DNA from: Elusimicrobiota bacterium
Lineage (GTDB): Bacteria > Elusimicrobiota > UBA8919
Length of the DNA stretch: 53,246 bases
Direction of reading: 5' to 3'
Assembly (NCBI GenBank): GCA_016218625.1
Contig: JACRDL010000009.1
Coordinates: 1-53,246 of the forward strand
Positions 9,173 through 19,963 of the stretch are shown here, piece by piece. How positions within the stretch are numbered: position 1 is the stretch's first letter; every line of letters starts with the position of its first letter. Under the pieces are notes generated by a model. The model had not been told where the DNA came from and did not search any database. It saw nothing but the letters and a program-made list of their open reading frames with translations. Made by a program: the position numbers and the translations under genes.

Positions 9173-9929
9173 GGAAACAATTAGAGGAAATTTTTCCAAA
9201 CATGCCGAGCATTACGATAATTATTGTTCGGTGCAAAATCATTCAGCGAAAAGGCTAATTTCAAAAATTAAAAAAGACGGACTTAAAAAAATTTTGGATA
9301 TTGGTTGTGGAACAGGAAATTATACTCGTCTTCTGAGAGAAAAATTTCCGGAGGCTGATATAAAAGCAATTGATATATCTTCTGATATGATACAGATTGC
9401 AAAAAGTAAACTAACCGGTAGTAAAATGGAATTTATTGTGGCGGATGCTGAAACTAAAAAATTTGACGGGAAGTTTGATATGATTACATCTAATGCAAGT
9501 TTTCAGTGGTTTTTGAATTTGGAGAAAACTTTGACAAAATATAAGGAATTGCTTGAAAGGGATAGCGTTATTATTTTCTCCGTATTCGGTCCCGAAACGT
9601 TTTGCGAGTTAAACGTTTCTTTAAAAGAATTGCTCAAAAAAGATACAAGTTTAACTTCTTGCGGCTTCGTCAAAAAAGAAATGTTAAAAGAGATTTTAGA
9701 AAAGCAGTTTGGAGATGTTTTTGTTGAAGAGGAAATTTTTCAAGAAGAATATAATTCATTATTGCAACTGTTAAATAAAATAAGATATACAGGGACAAAG
9801 GGAAGTGGTATTTCCGTCGGCAATTTTTGGACTCATAAAAGAATAAATGAACTGGAAGAAATATATAATGAAAAATTTGGTAATTTAGTGGCAACCTACC
9901 AGATTTTCTATTGTCAAGGAATTGCGTAA
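9162..9929 (+). CDS. bioC: Malonyl-ACP O-methyltransferase
   Basis: ILDIGCGTG, SNASFQW, FGPETF. Confidence 0.9.
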   Translation: MIYKETIRGNFSKHAEHYDNYCSVQNHSAKRLISKIKKDGLKKILDIGCGTGNYTRLLREKFPEADIKAIDISSDMIQIAKSKLTGSKMEFIVADAETKKFDGKFDMITSNASFQWFLNLEKTLTKYKELLERDSVIIFSVFGPETFCELNVSLKELLKKDTSLTSCGFVKKEMLKEILEKQFGDVFVEEEIFQEEYNSLLQLLNKIRYTGTKGSGISVGNFWTHKRINELEEIYNEKFGNLVATYQIFYCQGIA

Positions 9930-9935
9930 AAAAAC

Positions 9936-10634
9936 ATGAAAGCAATTTTTGTTACAGGAACCGATACAAATGTAGGTAAAACGGTCGTCAGCGGGTTACT
10001 TGCTAGATGTTTTTTAGATAGAGGTTATCGGGTTATTACTCAGAAATGGATACAGACAGGTAGCAACCTTTTTCCTGTGGATATTGAAATGCACCTAAGA
10101 TTTATGATGAGGGGTAGAGAATATATAAAAGATTATTCTGCCCTTGTAACCCCTTATATTTTCAAGTTTGCCGCTTCACCGCACCTATCCTCAGATATGG
10201 AAAAAAGGAAAATTGATGTCGGTAGGATAAAGAAAAGTTTTAATATTTTATTAAAGAAGTTCGATTTTGTAATTGTTGAAGGAACGGGAGGGGTTTTGGT
10301 GCCTTATAATAAGAAAAGATTTATAATAGATATAGCCGAAGAATTGAATCTGCCGGTTTTGGTTGTGGCGGCAAATAAATTAGGTGCTATAAATCATACA
10401 CTATTAACCATAGAAGCAATAAAAAAAAGGAATATGAATATATTGGGGATCGTATTTAATAATCTAAATAAAAACGAGAATAAAATTGTTTTACGAGATA
10501 ACCCCCGAATAATAAGTAAATTGGCAAAAGAAGAAGTGTTGGGGATACTGCCATGGCAAAAAGACACAAGGTTGCTATATAAGGCATTTGTTCCGATATC
10601 CAGCAGGATTTTTCGCAAGTTGGCGAGGAAATAA
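9936..10634 (+). CDS. bioD: Dethiobiotin synthase
   Basis: TGTDTNVGKT, EGTGG, LGAINHT. Confidence 0.93.
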   Translation: MKAIFVTGTDTNVGKTVVSGLLARCFLDRGYRVITQKWIQTGSNLFPVDIEMHLRFMMRGREYIKDYSALVTPYIFKFAASPHLSSDMEKRKIDVGRIKKSFNILLKKFDFVIVEGTGGVLVPYNKKRFIIDIAEELNLPVLVVAANKLGAINHTLLTIEAIKKRNMNILGIVFNNLNKNENKIVLRDNPRIISKLAKEEVLGILPWQKDTRLLYKAFVPISSRIFRKLARK

Positions 10635-10638
10635 TAGC

Positions 10639-11988
10639 ATGAATAACTGGTTAAAAAAAGATTTAAAATATATATGGCACCCTTATACACAAATGAAAGA
10701 TTGCGAATCTACTCCACCCATTTTAATTGAGAGAGCAAAGGGAATGAAACTCTATGATAATAAAGGAAATATTTTTTTTGACACGATTTCAAGTTGGTGG
10801 TGTAATGTTCACGGGCATAACCATCATAAGATAAAATCAGCAATTAAAAAACAATTGAATTCTTTAGACCATATAATGTTTGCCGGTTTTACACATAAAC
10901 CTGCTATTTTATTGGCAGAGAAGTTAATTTCTATTACACCACGATGCCTAAACAAAATATTCTTTTCAGACAATGGTTCTACTGCTGTTGAAACAGCATT
11001 GAAGATCAGTTTCCAATATTGGCAGAATATACGAAAATATGAAAAAAAGAAATTTATCTCATTAGATTATGGTTATCACGGGGATACAATCGGTGCTATG
11101 AGTGTGAGCGGCGTGGACTTGTTTAATGAGATATTTTCATCTTTATTTTTTTCATCTTTTAAGGTGCCATCTCCGTATTGTTATCGTTGTCCCGTTGGTA
11201 AAAAAAGAGATGCGTGTGAAATTGATTGCATTCAGCCGTTAGAAGAACTGCTGCGAGAAAAAAAACAAGAAATCGCTGCTATTGTTATAGAACCGTTATT
11301 ACTTGCCGCCGGCGGTATGATTGTTTATCCCAAAGAGTACTTGGAAAAAGTTGCAATTTTGGCAAAGAAACACGATGTTCATTTAATTATAGACGAAATA
11401 GCTACGGGTTTTGGCAGAACGGGAAAAATGTTTGCTATTGAATATGTTAATATCCAGCCCGATTTTTTATGTCTTTCAAAAGGTATAACTTCCGGCACTT
11501 TGCCTCTTGCGGTAACCTTAACTACCGATGAGGTTTATAATACGTTTTATGATGACTATAATAAAAAAAAGATGTTTTACCACGGTCATACCTACACTGC
11601 AAATCCACTCTCCTGTGCCGCCGCTTTGGCATCACTTGAAATTTTTGAAGAAGAAAAAACAATAGATAAAATCAAAAATCTAATTCCGGTTTTTCACAAA
11701 GGAATGGAAAAATTTAGGTCGTTACCTTCTATAGGAGATGTGCGATATATCGGTATGGTTGGTGCGATAGAATTAGTCAAAGATAAAAAAACAAAAATAC
11801 CGTTTACTTTTGAAGAAAGAATTGGGATGAAAGTTTATAAAGAAGGACTTAAAAACGGATTAATCTTGCGTCCACTCGGTAATATTATCTATCTTTATTT
11901 GCCATTATGCATAAAAAAGAATGAAATGTCTGCTGTTATAGAAAAAACTTTTAATATAATAGTTCATCTCAATTATTTGAAAAATTAA
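10639..11988 (+). CDS. bioA: Adenosylmethionine-8-amino-7-oxononanoate aminotransferase
   Basis: IWHPYTQM, SSWWC, DEIATGFGRTG, LSKG; ATG after the bioD stop chosen. Confidence 0.95.
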   Translation: MNNWLKKDLKYIWHPYTQMKDCESTPPILIERAKGMKLYDNKGNIFFDTISSWWCNVHGHNHHKIKSAIKKQLNSLDHIMFAGFTHKPAILLAEKLISITPRCLNKIFFSDNGSTAVETALKISFQYWQNIRKYEKKKFISLDYGYHGDTIGAMSVSGVDLFNEIFSSLFFSSFKVPSPYCYRCPVGKKRDACEIDCIQPLEELLREKKQEIAAIVIEPLLLAAGGMIVYPKEYLEKVAILAKKHDVHLIIDEIATGFGRTGKMFAIEYVNIQPDFLCLSKGITSGTLPLAVTLTTDEVYNTFYDDYNKKKMFYHGHTYTANPLSCAAALASLEIFEEEKTIDKIKNLIPVFHKGMEKFRSLPSIGDVRYIGMVGAIELVKDKKTKIPFTFEERIGMKVYKEGLKNGLILRPLGNIIYLYLPLCIKKNEMSAVIEKTFNIIVHLNYLKN

Positions 11989-12152
11989 AAGGATTTCCAC
12001 ATCTATAAAGATTATACCGAGATTCCATTTGTCCCGATGTCGCCGAGAATCGTTCGTGCCGGAATAAAAGTGATTTTTTAGAATTCATACGGTAAAAACT
12101 GCGACAAGTCCGCACCTCGAAAATAAAAAATTCCAAAAAACAAAAATAGGAC

Positions 12153-12199
12153 TTGACAAATTTCAGATTTGATATTATACTATGGGGGGGTAGGGTATA
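12153..12199 (+). promoter_or_regulatory. Sigma70 promoter overlapped by a CsoR/RcnR-type operator
   Basis: TTGACA(12153)-17-TATACT(12176); TATAC-tatGGGGGGGtagg-GTATA, a G-tract with AT-rich inverted flanks. Confidence 0.8.
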
Positions 12200-12210
12200 G
12201 GGAGGCAGGT

Positions 12211-12486
12211 ATGCAAAAAATGGGACATTTCGAGCAAATTGAATTCTTGAGGAAAATTGAAGGACAGATCAAGGGTGTTCAAAAAATGATTGAAGAGGGT
12301 AGATACTGCATTGATATTCTTGTGCAACTTCACTCAATCGTTGGTGCGATAACAAAGGTTGAATATAATATTTTTAGAAAACACATTGAAGGATGTGTGG
12401 TTTCGGCACTGAAAGGTAGGTCGGAAAGAGAAAAACAAAAAAAGATTGGTGAGGTAATTGACCTAATTGAAAGATTTAGAAAATGA
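12211..12486 (+). CDS. csoR: CsoR/RcnR metal-sensing repressor
   Basis: LRKIEGQIKGV..RYCIDIL..KHIEGCV; SD ggagg before ATG 12211. Confidence 0.88.
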   Translation: MQKMGHFEQIEFLRKIEGQIKGVQKMIEEGRYCIDILVQLHSIVGAITKVEYNIFRKHIEGCVVSALKGRSEREKQKKIGEVIDLIERFRK

Positions 12487-12558
12487 TGAAGAAATATTTT
12501 TTTAATAAATAGACGTTGTTAAGAGTTTAATTAATCGTCGGTAAAATTAGGGGGTAAA

Positions 12559-13011
12559 ATGAAGAAGATTGTTGTTTTTGTCAGTATGTTGTTGGCGGGG
12601 TGTCTGCTGGTTAACCGGGTGTCAGCTTCGTCGTGTCACGGAGGTAGCGGTGGTGGATATAGTGAAGATAGCGGGTATAGTGGACACGAAGAAAAATTAA
12701 TAGGAAAATCAGAAGGAAAAAAGATTGATATAAAAGAATCTTTTTATTCTACAATTTATACATGTCCGATGCATCCGGAAATGCAACAGGAAAAATCTGG
12801 TAAATGTCCAAAATGCGGTATGAAACTTGAAAAGAAAAGAGTGTTGATGACTTATACCTGTCCAGAAAGGGATTGTATGTTTCATAGAGCAACAATGGAT
12901 AAATGTCCTAAACATAATAAGGAATTAATTAAGACTGAAATGAATTATCATTGTCCAAAATGCGGAGAACAGGTTAATCCGGAAGATTTGAAACTGAAAC
13001 CTGTAAAATAA
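12559..13011 (+). CDS. Exported heavy-metal-binding domain protein
   Basis: Signal peptide; YTCPMHP..CPKCGM plus further CP motifs. Confidence 0.8.
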   Translation: MKKIVVFVSMLLAGCLLVNRVSASSCHGGSGGGYSEDSGYSGHEEKLIGKSEGKKIDIKESFYSTIYTCPMHPEMQQEKSGKCPKCGMKLEKKRVLMTYTCPERDCMFHRATMDKCPKHNKELIKTEMNYHCPKCGEQVNPEDLKLKPVK

Positions 13012-13051
13012 TAGGTTGTAGATTGGAGCAATTTTTGGTAAAATTCTAATT

Positions 13052-14314
13052 ATGAAATATCTATTAATCCTAAGTTGCTTATTTTTAGTTAATACTCTGT
13101 CTTTTGCTCAGGAAAAAATTCTTACATTAGAAGAAGTAGTTAAACAAGCAAGAGAAAACAATCCTGAAATTATTGCAATGCGGAAAAAATGGGATGCGGC
13201 GAAATCAAGAATCTGGCAGGAAAAAACATGGGAAAACCCGCAACTTTTTATTGACTGGCAAAAAATTCCGAAAAACGATTTTGACTTGAATAATGCCGAA
13301 GAAAAAATGTTTGGTATAAGTCAGATGGTGCCTTTTCCCGGCAAACTTTCAATTAAAGGAAAAATTGCAAAATACAATGCCGAAATAGCAGAAATTGATT
13401 ACAAAAATACCGAACTTAAAGTGCTGTCAGATTTAAAATCGGCTTACGCAATGTATTTTTATATAAATAAGTCCATAGAAACATATAAACAGATTTCTGA
13501 TTATATGCAGAATTTCAGCAAGGTTGCAGAATCAAAATATGTAGTCGGAAAGGCAAGTCAGGGCGATGTTTTGCGTACACAGGTAGAGGCGGTAAAGATG
13601 TCAAATATGGTTATTACAATGGAGCAGGAAAAAGAAACGGTTAAGGCAGAGTTGAATTCGTTAATCGGAAAAAATGCCGATGAAATTATAGGCGAGCCGG
13701 AAGAGTTATCGCCAAAATATATAAAGAATAATTGGGATGAAATAAAAAAGTTGGTTATTTCCAACAATCCTGAAATCAGGCAGCAAAATGCATCGGTCTC
13801 AAAAAATAAATGGTTAAAAAAAATGGCTTATACTGAATTCCTACCCGACTTTGATTTAACTTACCGCAGAAGAAAAATGGAAATGGGAAATGATAGCCAG
13901 GATTTTATGCTTGGTTTTACCGTACCTTTATGGTTCTGGAAACCGGCATTAGGCGTTAAAGAAATGTCGGATGAATTAAAAATGGCGGAATCAGAGAGTA
14001 AAAACACAGAACTGATGGCTGTATATGAGGCAAAAGAGTTTTTTGTAAAACTGAAAACAGCTGGTCGGTTTATAGAACTTTATCGCACAAGCGTGCTGCC
14101 GCCGGCAGAGCAATCATTAAAAGTAACCGAGTCGGCTTATCGTTCGGATAAAGAGGATTTTTTAAATTTGCTTGACAGTGTTCGAACTTTACTGGATTTT
14201 CGGCTTGAGTATTACAAATATATTGCACAGTATCATCAAAATCTGGCTATGCTCGAAAAAATAACGGGAGTTGAATTATCTGGCGGAGTTCTTCCCGAAG
14301 GAGAAACAAAATGA
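13052..14314 (+). CDS. TolC-family outer membrane efflux protein (CusC-like)
   Basis: Signal peptide, ARENNPEI, PFPGK; position before adaptor and RND genes. Confidence 0.88.
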   Translation: MKYLLILSCLFLVNTLSFAQEKILTLEEVVKQARENNPEIIAMRKKWDAAKSRIWQEKTWENPQLFIDWQKIPKNDFDLNNAEEKMFGISQMVPFPGKLSIKGKIAKYNAEIAEIDYKNTELKVLSDLKSAYAMYFYINKSIETYKQISDYMQNFSKVAESKYVVGKASQGDVLRTQVEAVKMSNMVITMEQEKETVKAELNSLIGKNADEIIGEPEELSPKYIKNNWDEIKKLVISNNPEIRQQNASVSKNKWLKKMAYTEFLPDFDLTYRRRKMEMGNDSQDFMLGFTVPLWFWKPALGVKEMSDELKMAESESKNTELMAVYEAKEFFVKLKTAGRFIELYRTSVLPPAEQSLKVTESAYRSDKEDFLNLLDSVRTLLDFRLEYYKYIAQYHQNLAMLEKITGVELSGGVLPEGETK

Positions 14315-15561
14315 AATTAAAAATTTTTCTTGCAGGTTTGGTTTTTATTATAGCGACGGGTTGTACTAAAAAAGAAGAAATGTCGGTTCGCAAAGTTATA
14401 ATTACCGAGATTGGCAAGCAGAATGTTTGTCCCGTGACAAAAAATAAGTTTACGGTCACAGGCGAGACAAGGGCGATTGATTATAAAGGGCAGACATATT
14501 ATTTCTGTTGTCCCGGATGTGATTCTGAATTTATTAAAGAACCTGATAAATATATAGGTCAGAAACAAGAAACAAGAAGCCAGAAGCAAGAAGTAAAAAG
14601 TCACACGAGCCACGAAGAGCGAGCCACGAACAACGAGATTCTCTACTGGACATGTTCAATGCATCCGCAGGTCCGCTCTGACAAACCCGGGAAATGTCCT
14701 ATATGTGCTATGACGCTCATACCTATATATAAAGGCGAGGAAGACAAAACTATTGTTGATGAAAACACAAAAAAAATTACGGGATTGAAAAGTCAGAAAG
14801 CGACAAAGATGCATCTTACAAAAATAATCCGTCTGCCCGGCCGGGTGGCATCCGATAATGAACTCTATTTGGCTCAGCAGGAATATATTTTAAGTTATAA
14901 AAATAGGAATAAAGAACTGCTGGAGGCATCAAAGTTCCGACTGTCCTTGCTCGGTTATAATGAAAAAGATATATACGAACTTCAGAAGATGGATGAACCG
15001 GATAAAAGTTTAATCTATCCCGGTAAAAATATCTGGGTATATGCAGAGATATATGAATATGATACGGGTTTAATAAAGCCGGGATTATCCGTTGATGCGA
15101 TTTTCTCCGCATATCCGAATGTAAATTTTAAGGGAGTTGTCCGATTTATAGAGCCAACATTAAATCAACAAACCCGTTCTGCCAAAGCCAGGGTTTTCGT
15201 TGAAGACCCCGCTCGGCTTCTTAAACTTGAAATGTATGCTGTCATTGAAATAAAAATAAATCCGGGAAAGGTCTTGAGCATACCTGAGAATGCCCTCATT
15301 GATACCGGCACCCGCAAACTTGTATATCTTGATTTGGGAAACGGCAGGTATAAACCGCAGGAAGTAAAAACAGGTTTTTCGGGAGAAGGTTATGTGGAGA
15401 TTGTAAGCGGAATGAAAGAGGGCGATGCGGTTGTAACGGACGGTAATTTTATGCTGGATTCTCAATCAACATTGACCGGCGGGCAGTCGTTGTTATATGG
15501 CGGTGCAGAAGAAGTGAAATCCGAAAAAGAAAAACCCAAAAAAGTTAAGCATAAGCATTAA
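14311..15561 (+). CDS. cusB: CusB-like RND adaptor with YHS and heavy-metal-binding domains
   Basis: Lipobox ATGC, CPV..YYFCCPGC, WTCSMHP..CPICAM. Confidence 0.85.
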   Translation: MKLKIFLAGLVFIIATGCTKKEEMSVRKVIITEIGKQNVCPVTKNKFTVTGETRAIDYKGQTYYFCCPGCDSEFIKEPDKYIGQKQETRSQKQEVKSHTSHEERATNNEILYWTCSMHPQVRSDKPGKCPICAMTLIPIYKGEEDKTIVDENTKKITGLKSQKATKMHLTKIIRLPGRVASDNELYLAQQEYILSYKNRNKELLEASKFRLSLLGYNEKDIYELQKMDEPDKSLIYPGKNIWVYAEIYEYDTGLIKPGLSVDAIFSAYPNVNFKGVVRFIEPTLNQQTRSAKARVFVEDPARLLKLEMYAVIEIKINPGKVLSIPENALIDTGTRKLVYLDLGNGRYKPQEVKTGFSGEGYVEIVSGMKEGDAVVTDGNFMLDSQSTLTGGQSLLYGGAEEVKSEKEKPKKVKHKH

Positions 15562-15582
15562 TTATAAAAACGAAAAGACAAT

Positions 15583-15775
15583 TAACCACAGATGGACACA
15601 GATAAGACACAGCAAAGCAGTGCTGCTACGCTGCATACCGCGGAAAAATCCCCGATAGAACCATTCGGGGACAGGCTCCAGAACAGAGACACGGAAAAAT
15701 TTCAGTGCTTCCGTAATTCAGTGCTTCAGTGGTAAATGTTTTTAATCTGTGTTCATCAGTGTTAATCTGTGGTTA
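15583..15775. repeat. Nested inverted tandem-repeat elements
   Basis: Outer cacagat/atctgtg arms; middle element matches 22355-22433; inner tccccga..tcgggga hairpin. Confidence 0.8.
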
Positions 15776-15797
15776 CAGGACTTTTTCAGTTAGCCAT

Positions 15798-18700
15798 ATG
15801 ATAAACAAACTTATTGATTGGTGTCTTAAAAATAGATTTATAGTTTTAGTTCTTACGGGAATGGTTATTATATGGGGATTCTATGCCATAAACCGCGTGC
15901 CCGTTGATGCTATTCCGGATATCGGGGAAAACCAGCAGATAATTTTTGTTGACTGGCCCGGCAGGGATGCGAAAACAATAGAAGACCAGATAACGTATCC
16001 GCTTACAACACGGCTTTTTGGGTTGCCCGGTGTAAAAACAATCCGCGCTTCATCCGCTTTCGGTTTTTCAATGGTGTATGTTATTTTTCACGATTGGGTG
16101 GATTTCTACTGGTGTCGTTCAAGGATTTTGGAAAAATTACAACAGGCGCAGGAATTCCTTCCTGCCGGTGTTACGCCTGTTCTCGGACCTGATGCCACAG
16201 GGCTCGGGCAGGTTCTTTGGTATACAATTGAAGGCGACGGATACAATTTACAGGAATTAAGGTCTTTACAGGACTGGTATATCAGGTATCAATTAAATTC
16301 AGTTGAAGGTGTTTCCGAAGTTGCATCCGTCGGCGGTTTTGTAAAACAATACCAGATTGATGTTGACCCGAATAAACTTTTAATTTATGGAGTAAAATTA
16401 GGCGATCTATTTAATGCCGTCCGAAATTCCAACATTGATGTCGGTGCAAAAGTTGTTGAGAAGGGCGGGCTGGAGTTTATAATCCGCGGCGTCGGGTTTA
16501 TCAAAAAAATTGAGGATATAAAAAATATAGCGGTCGGTTCACATAACGGCACGCCTGTTCTTGTCAAAAATATCGCCACCGTCCAGTTAGGTCCTGAATT
16601 CCGCCGCGGTGTGTTGGATAAAGCCGGTAAAGAAGTTGTCGGCGGGGTTGTGATTGTCAGATATAAGGAAAATCCATTAGCAGTTATAACAAGAGTAAAA
16701 CAGCGGATTAAAGAACTGGAGTTAGGTCTGCCGCAAGGGGTAAAAATCGCTCCTTTCTATGATAGGACAGGACTTATAAAAAGGACAATAAATACTTTAA
16801 GAGATACATTGATTTTACAGATTATAATTACCGTTATTATTGTGTTTATATGCTTACGACATTTTATGTCAAGCGTAATTATTTCCGTTGCTTTGCCGAT
16901 TGCTGTGCTTATGTCTTTTATTGTTATGTATTATTTAAAAGTTGATTCAAATATAATGTCATTAAGCGGTATTGCCATTGCTATCGGGACACTTGTAGAT
17001 ATGGGTATAATAATGACAGAAAATGCATATCGTCATCTTGTTTTAGAAAAAGAAAAAATACTATCCGGTATAAAAACGCGTTTGCAAGTAATTTTTGAAG
17101 CGGCAAAAGAAGTTGGTTCCACGGTCATCACAGCGATTCTGACTACGGTTGTTTCTTTCATACCCGTCTTTGCATTAGAATCTCAGGAAGGCAAATTATT
17201 CAATCCGCTTGCCTATACAAAAACCTTTGCATTACTTGCGTCTGTTTTTATTGCACTCACTCTGACGCCTGTTTTATGCTTTTATTTACTTCGTAGAAAT
17301 CTTATCCCTGTTGAAGAAAATCCTTTTGGTAAAGGGTTAGTTAGATATTATGAAAAAATTCTGCGATGGATTCTTGCGCATCGTCTGAAATTTCTGGCAA
17401 TTCCCACGGTTATTTTAATAATATCATTGTTTGTCGCTACAAAAATAGGCCGTGAATTTATGCCTCCGTTTGATGAGGGCTCTATACTTTTTATGCCTGT
17501 TACTTCACCGGCTGTATCTCTTACGGAAGCGCAGAGGGTAATACAGATTCAGGATAAAATCATAAAATCATTTCCGGAGATAGAATCGGTCGTCGGCAAA
17601 GTCGGTCGTGCTGAAACAGCCACAGACCCCGCACCGATAGAGATGTTTGAGACGATAATAAATCTGAAACCGAAAAAATTATGGCGGAAGGGTGTTACAA
17701 AAGAAAAACTTATACACGAAATGGACGCCGCATTAAAAATTCCTGGCGTTTCAAATATCTGGACGCAGCCGATTATTAACCGCGTAGATATGCTCGCCAC
17801 CGGCATAAGAACTCCCGTCGGAGTAAAAATTTTCGGTGATGACTTAAAAAAACTTGAACAGCTCGCCGACGAAATAAAAGGTATCGTTCAGCAGGTTAAA
17901 GGTGCCGAGGACCTGTATGCCGAAAGAATTACGGGAAAACCGTATTTAGAAATTATTCCTAACCGTGAGCAAATTTCAAGATATAATTTAACTATTAGAG
18001 AGGTTATGGATGTTGTGGAAATGGCAATCGGCGGCGAGAATTTAACGACAACCGTTGAAGGCAGAGAAAGATATCCCGTCCGTGTCAGATACCTTCGTGA
18101 ACTCCGCGATAGCCCTGAAAAAATCCGTCGTGTTCTTGTTCCGACACCTTTCAGGGCACAGGTGCCTTTAGGACAAATAGCAGAAATAAAACTTGTTGAA
18201 GGTCCGGCGATGATAAATTCGGAAAACGGGCTACTTCGTGCTTATGTTTTAATGAATGTCAGGGGCCGTGATATGGTTGGGTTCGTGGAAGAAGCAAGTA
18301 GGTTAGTAGCAAAAAAAATGGCAGGAAAACTTCCGCCTGGATATTTTATCCAGTGGTCGGGGCAGTTTGAAAATCAAGTCCGCGCCAGAAAAAAATTATC
18401 CGTTCTCGTCCCGATAAGTTTGTTCATCAACTACATTATCATCTTTATGTGCTTCAAGTCCCATCGCAATTCACTTATAATTTTCACTGCTATACCTGTG
18501 ACACTATGCGGCGGTATTTTGCTGCTTGCAATTTATGGCTATAACTTCAGTGTTGCTGTCTGGGTAGGGTTTATTGCACTTTTTGGTGTAGCAGTAGATG
18601 ATGGTGTGCTTATAACAACTTATCTTGAACAGGTGTTCGGTGAAAGAAAACCAAAAACAAAGGATGAGGTTATTGAAGCAACGGTTTATGCTGGTAAAGC

Positions 18701-18908
18701 AAGAATAAGACCGGCATTTATGACAACCATTACAACTATTCTCGCTCTCTTACCGATATTTCTTTTTAGTGGAACAGGTATAGAAGTTATGCGACCAATG
18801 GCGATACCTTCCTTCGGCGGTATGATAATTGAAATGATAACATGGTTTATCGTGCCAACACTTTACTCATGGTTTGAAGAAAGAAAGTTAAAAAAAATAA
18901 CGGTCTAA
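15798..18908 (+). CDS. cusA: CusA/CzcA heavy-metal RND transporter
   Basis: VDAIPD, LGPDATG, GREFMP, RIRPAFMT; start moved to ATG 15798 outside the repeat. Confidence 0.93.
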   Translation: MINKLIDWCLKNRFIVLVLTGMVIIWGFYAINRVPVDAIPDIGENQQIIFVDWPGRDAKTIEDQITYPLTTRLFGLPGVKTIRASSAFGFSMVYVIFHDWVDFYWCRSRILEKLQQAQEFLPAGVTPVLGPDATGLGQVLWYTIEGDGYNLQELRSLQDWYIRYQLNSVEGVSEVASVGGFVKQYQIDVDPNKLLIYGVKLGDLFNAVRNSNIDVGAKVVEKGGLEFIIRGVGFIKKIEDIKNIAVGSHNGTPVLVKNIATVQLGPEFRRGVLDKAGKEVVGGVVIVRYKENPLAVITRVKQRIKELELGLPQGVKIAPFYDRTGLIKRTINTLRDTLILQIIITVIIVFICLRHFMSSVIISVALPIAVLMSFIVMYYLKVDSNIMSLSGIAIAIGTLVDMGIIMTENAYRHLVLEKEKILSGIKTRLQVIFEAAKEVGSTVITAILTTVVSFIPVFALESQEGKLFNPLAYTKTFALLASVFIALTLTPVLCFYLLRRNLIPVEENPFGKGLVRYYEKILRWILAHRLKFLAIPTVILIISLFVATKIGREFMPPFDEGSILFMPVTSPAVSLTEAQRVIQIQDKIIKSFPEIESVVGKVGRAETATDPAPIEMFETIINLKPKKLWRKGVTKEKLIHEMDAALKIPGVSNIWTQPIINRVDMLATGIRTPVGVKIFGDDLKKLEQLADEIKGIVQQVKGAEDLYAERITGKPYLEIIPNREQISRYNLTIREVMDVVEMAIGGENLTTTVEGRERYPVRVRYLRELRDSPEKIRRVLVPTPFRAQVPLGQIAEIKLVEGPAMINSENGLLRAYVLMNVRGRDMVGFVEEASRLVAKKMAGKLPPGYFIQWSGQFENQVRARKKLSVLVPISLFINYIIIFMCFKSHRNSLIIFTAIPVTLCGGILLLAIYGYNFSVAVWVGFIALFGVAVDDGVLITTYLEQVFGERKPKTKDEVIEATVYAGKARIRPAFMTTITTILALLPIFLFSGTGIEVMRPMAIPSFGGMIIEMITWFIVPTLYSWFEERKLKKITV

Positions 18909-18991
18909 CTCGTGATATAACTTGTCAGGAAAAAACATACCTTGAAAAAATAACTTGATTTTACTTCTTAAAAAAGTATAATATCTAAATT

Positions 18992-19963
18992 GTGAAGATT
19001 TTGATAATACGGTTAAGCTCTATCGGCGACATTGTTCTTGCGACGCCTCTATTAAGATGCCTACGGAAAAAATATCCGTCGGCACAGATTGATTTTATTA
19101 TTAAAAAAAAATACTCGGAAATTCTTTCGGCGAACCCATATATTTCCAATTTAATTCTGTTTGATGGTGATTTATTAAAGTTTGCAAAAAAAATAAGAAA
19201 TGAAAAATATGATTTTATTCTGGATATTCATAATAATTCCAGGAGTTTTCTTTTGACTTTGTTTTCCGGTGCAAAAATTTTAAAATATAAAAATTATATG
19301 TTTAAGAAATTTTTGCTTACAGAGTTCGGATTGAATTTTTACAAAGAGAAAGTTCCGGTTTTTCAAAGATATCTGAAAACGGCAGAATCTCTCGGCGTTT
19401 CATATGATAATAAAGGACTTGATTTCGTTATTGATAAAAATGCAGAAAACAAATTTGAGCAAATCCGCAGAGATCAATGCATAGGAATTTGTCCGGTTGC
19501 CGTTTGGAAAACAAAGAGATGGCATAAAGAAAAATTTATAGAACTTGCAAAAAAAATTATAGAAAGATATAATTACAACATACTGATTTTCGGCGGTAAA
19601 GACGATTTTGAATATTGCGAAGATATAAAAAAACAAATCGGTAATAAATCAGAAAATCTCTCTGGGCTATCACTACAAGAATCCGCAGTTGCACTAAAAA
19701 AATGTAAGTATTTGCTTACAAATGATACGGGACTTATGCATATTGCCGAGGCATTAAAAATTCCGACAATTTCAATTTTCGGTTCGACCGCAGAGGAATT
19801 CGGGTTTTATCCGCAATCGGAAAAATCAAAAATTATTTCTAAAAATTATTTTTGCAAACCATGTTCCACAAAGGGTTCCGGCAAATGTCCCGTCGGTGAT
19901 TTCAGATGTATGACAGGAATATCTGTTGAGGAGGTTTTTACTTTCTGTGCTGCTTGTTTATAA
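18992..19963 (+). CDS. GT9 LPS heptosyltransferase
   Basis: RLSSIGDIV, TKRW, NDTGLMHIA. Confidence 0.88.
   Translation: MKILIIRLSSIGDIVLATPLLRCLRKKYPSAQIDFIIKKKYSEILSANPYISNLILFDGDLLKFAKKIRNEKYDFILDIHNNSRSFLLTLFSGAKILKYKNYMFKKFLLTEFGLNFYKEKVPVFQRYLKTAESLGVSYDNKGLDFVIDKNAENKFEQIRRDQCIGICPVAVWKTKRWHKEKFIELAKKIIERYNYNILIFGGKDDFEYCEDIKKQIGNKSENLSGLSLQESAVALKKCKYLLTNDTGLMHIAEALKIPTISIFGSTAEEFGFYPQSEKSKIISKNYFCKPCSTKGSGKCPVGDFRCMTGISVEEVFTFCAACL

Noticed and set aside
11989-12150. Possible gene remnant or RNA between bioA and csoR
   Set aside because: Only short frames without motifs and no convincing stem
15729-15797. Long upstream starts for cusA (also 38961, 38454, 41771, 33486)
   Set aside because: The extensions translate repeat-element arms; downstream ATGs fit the protein families
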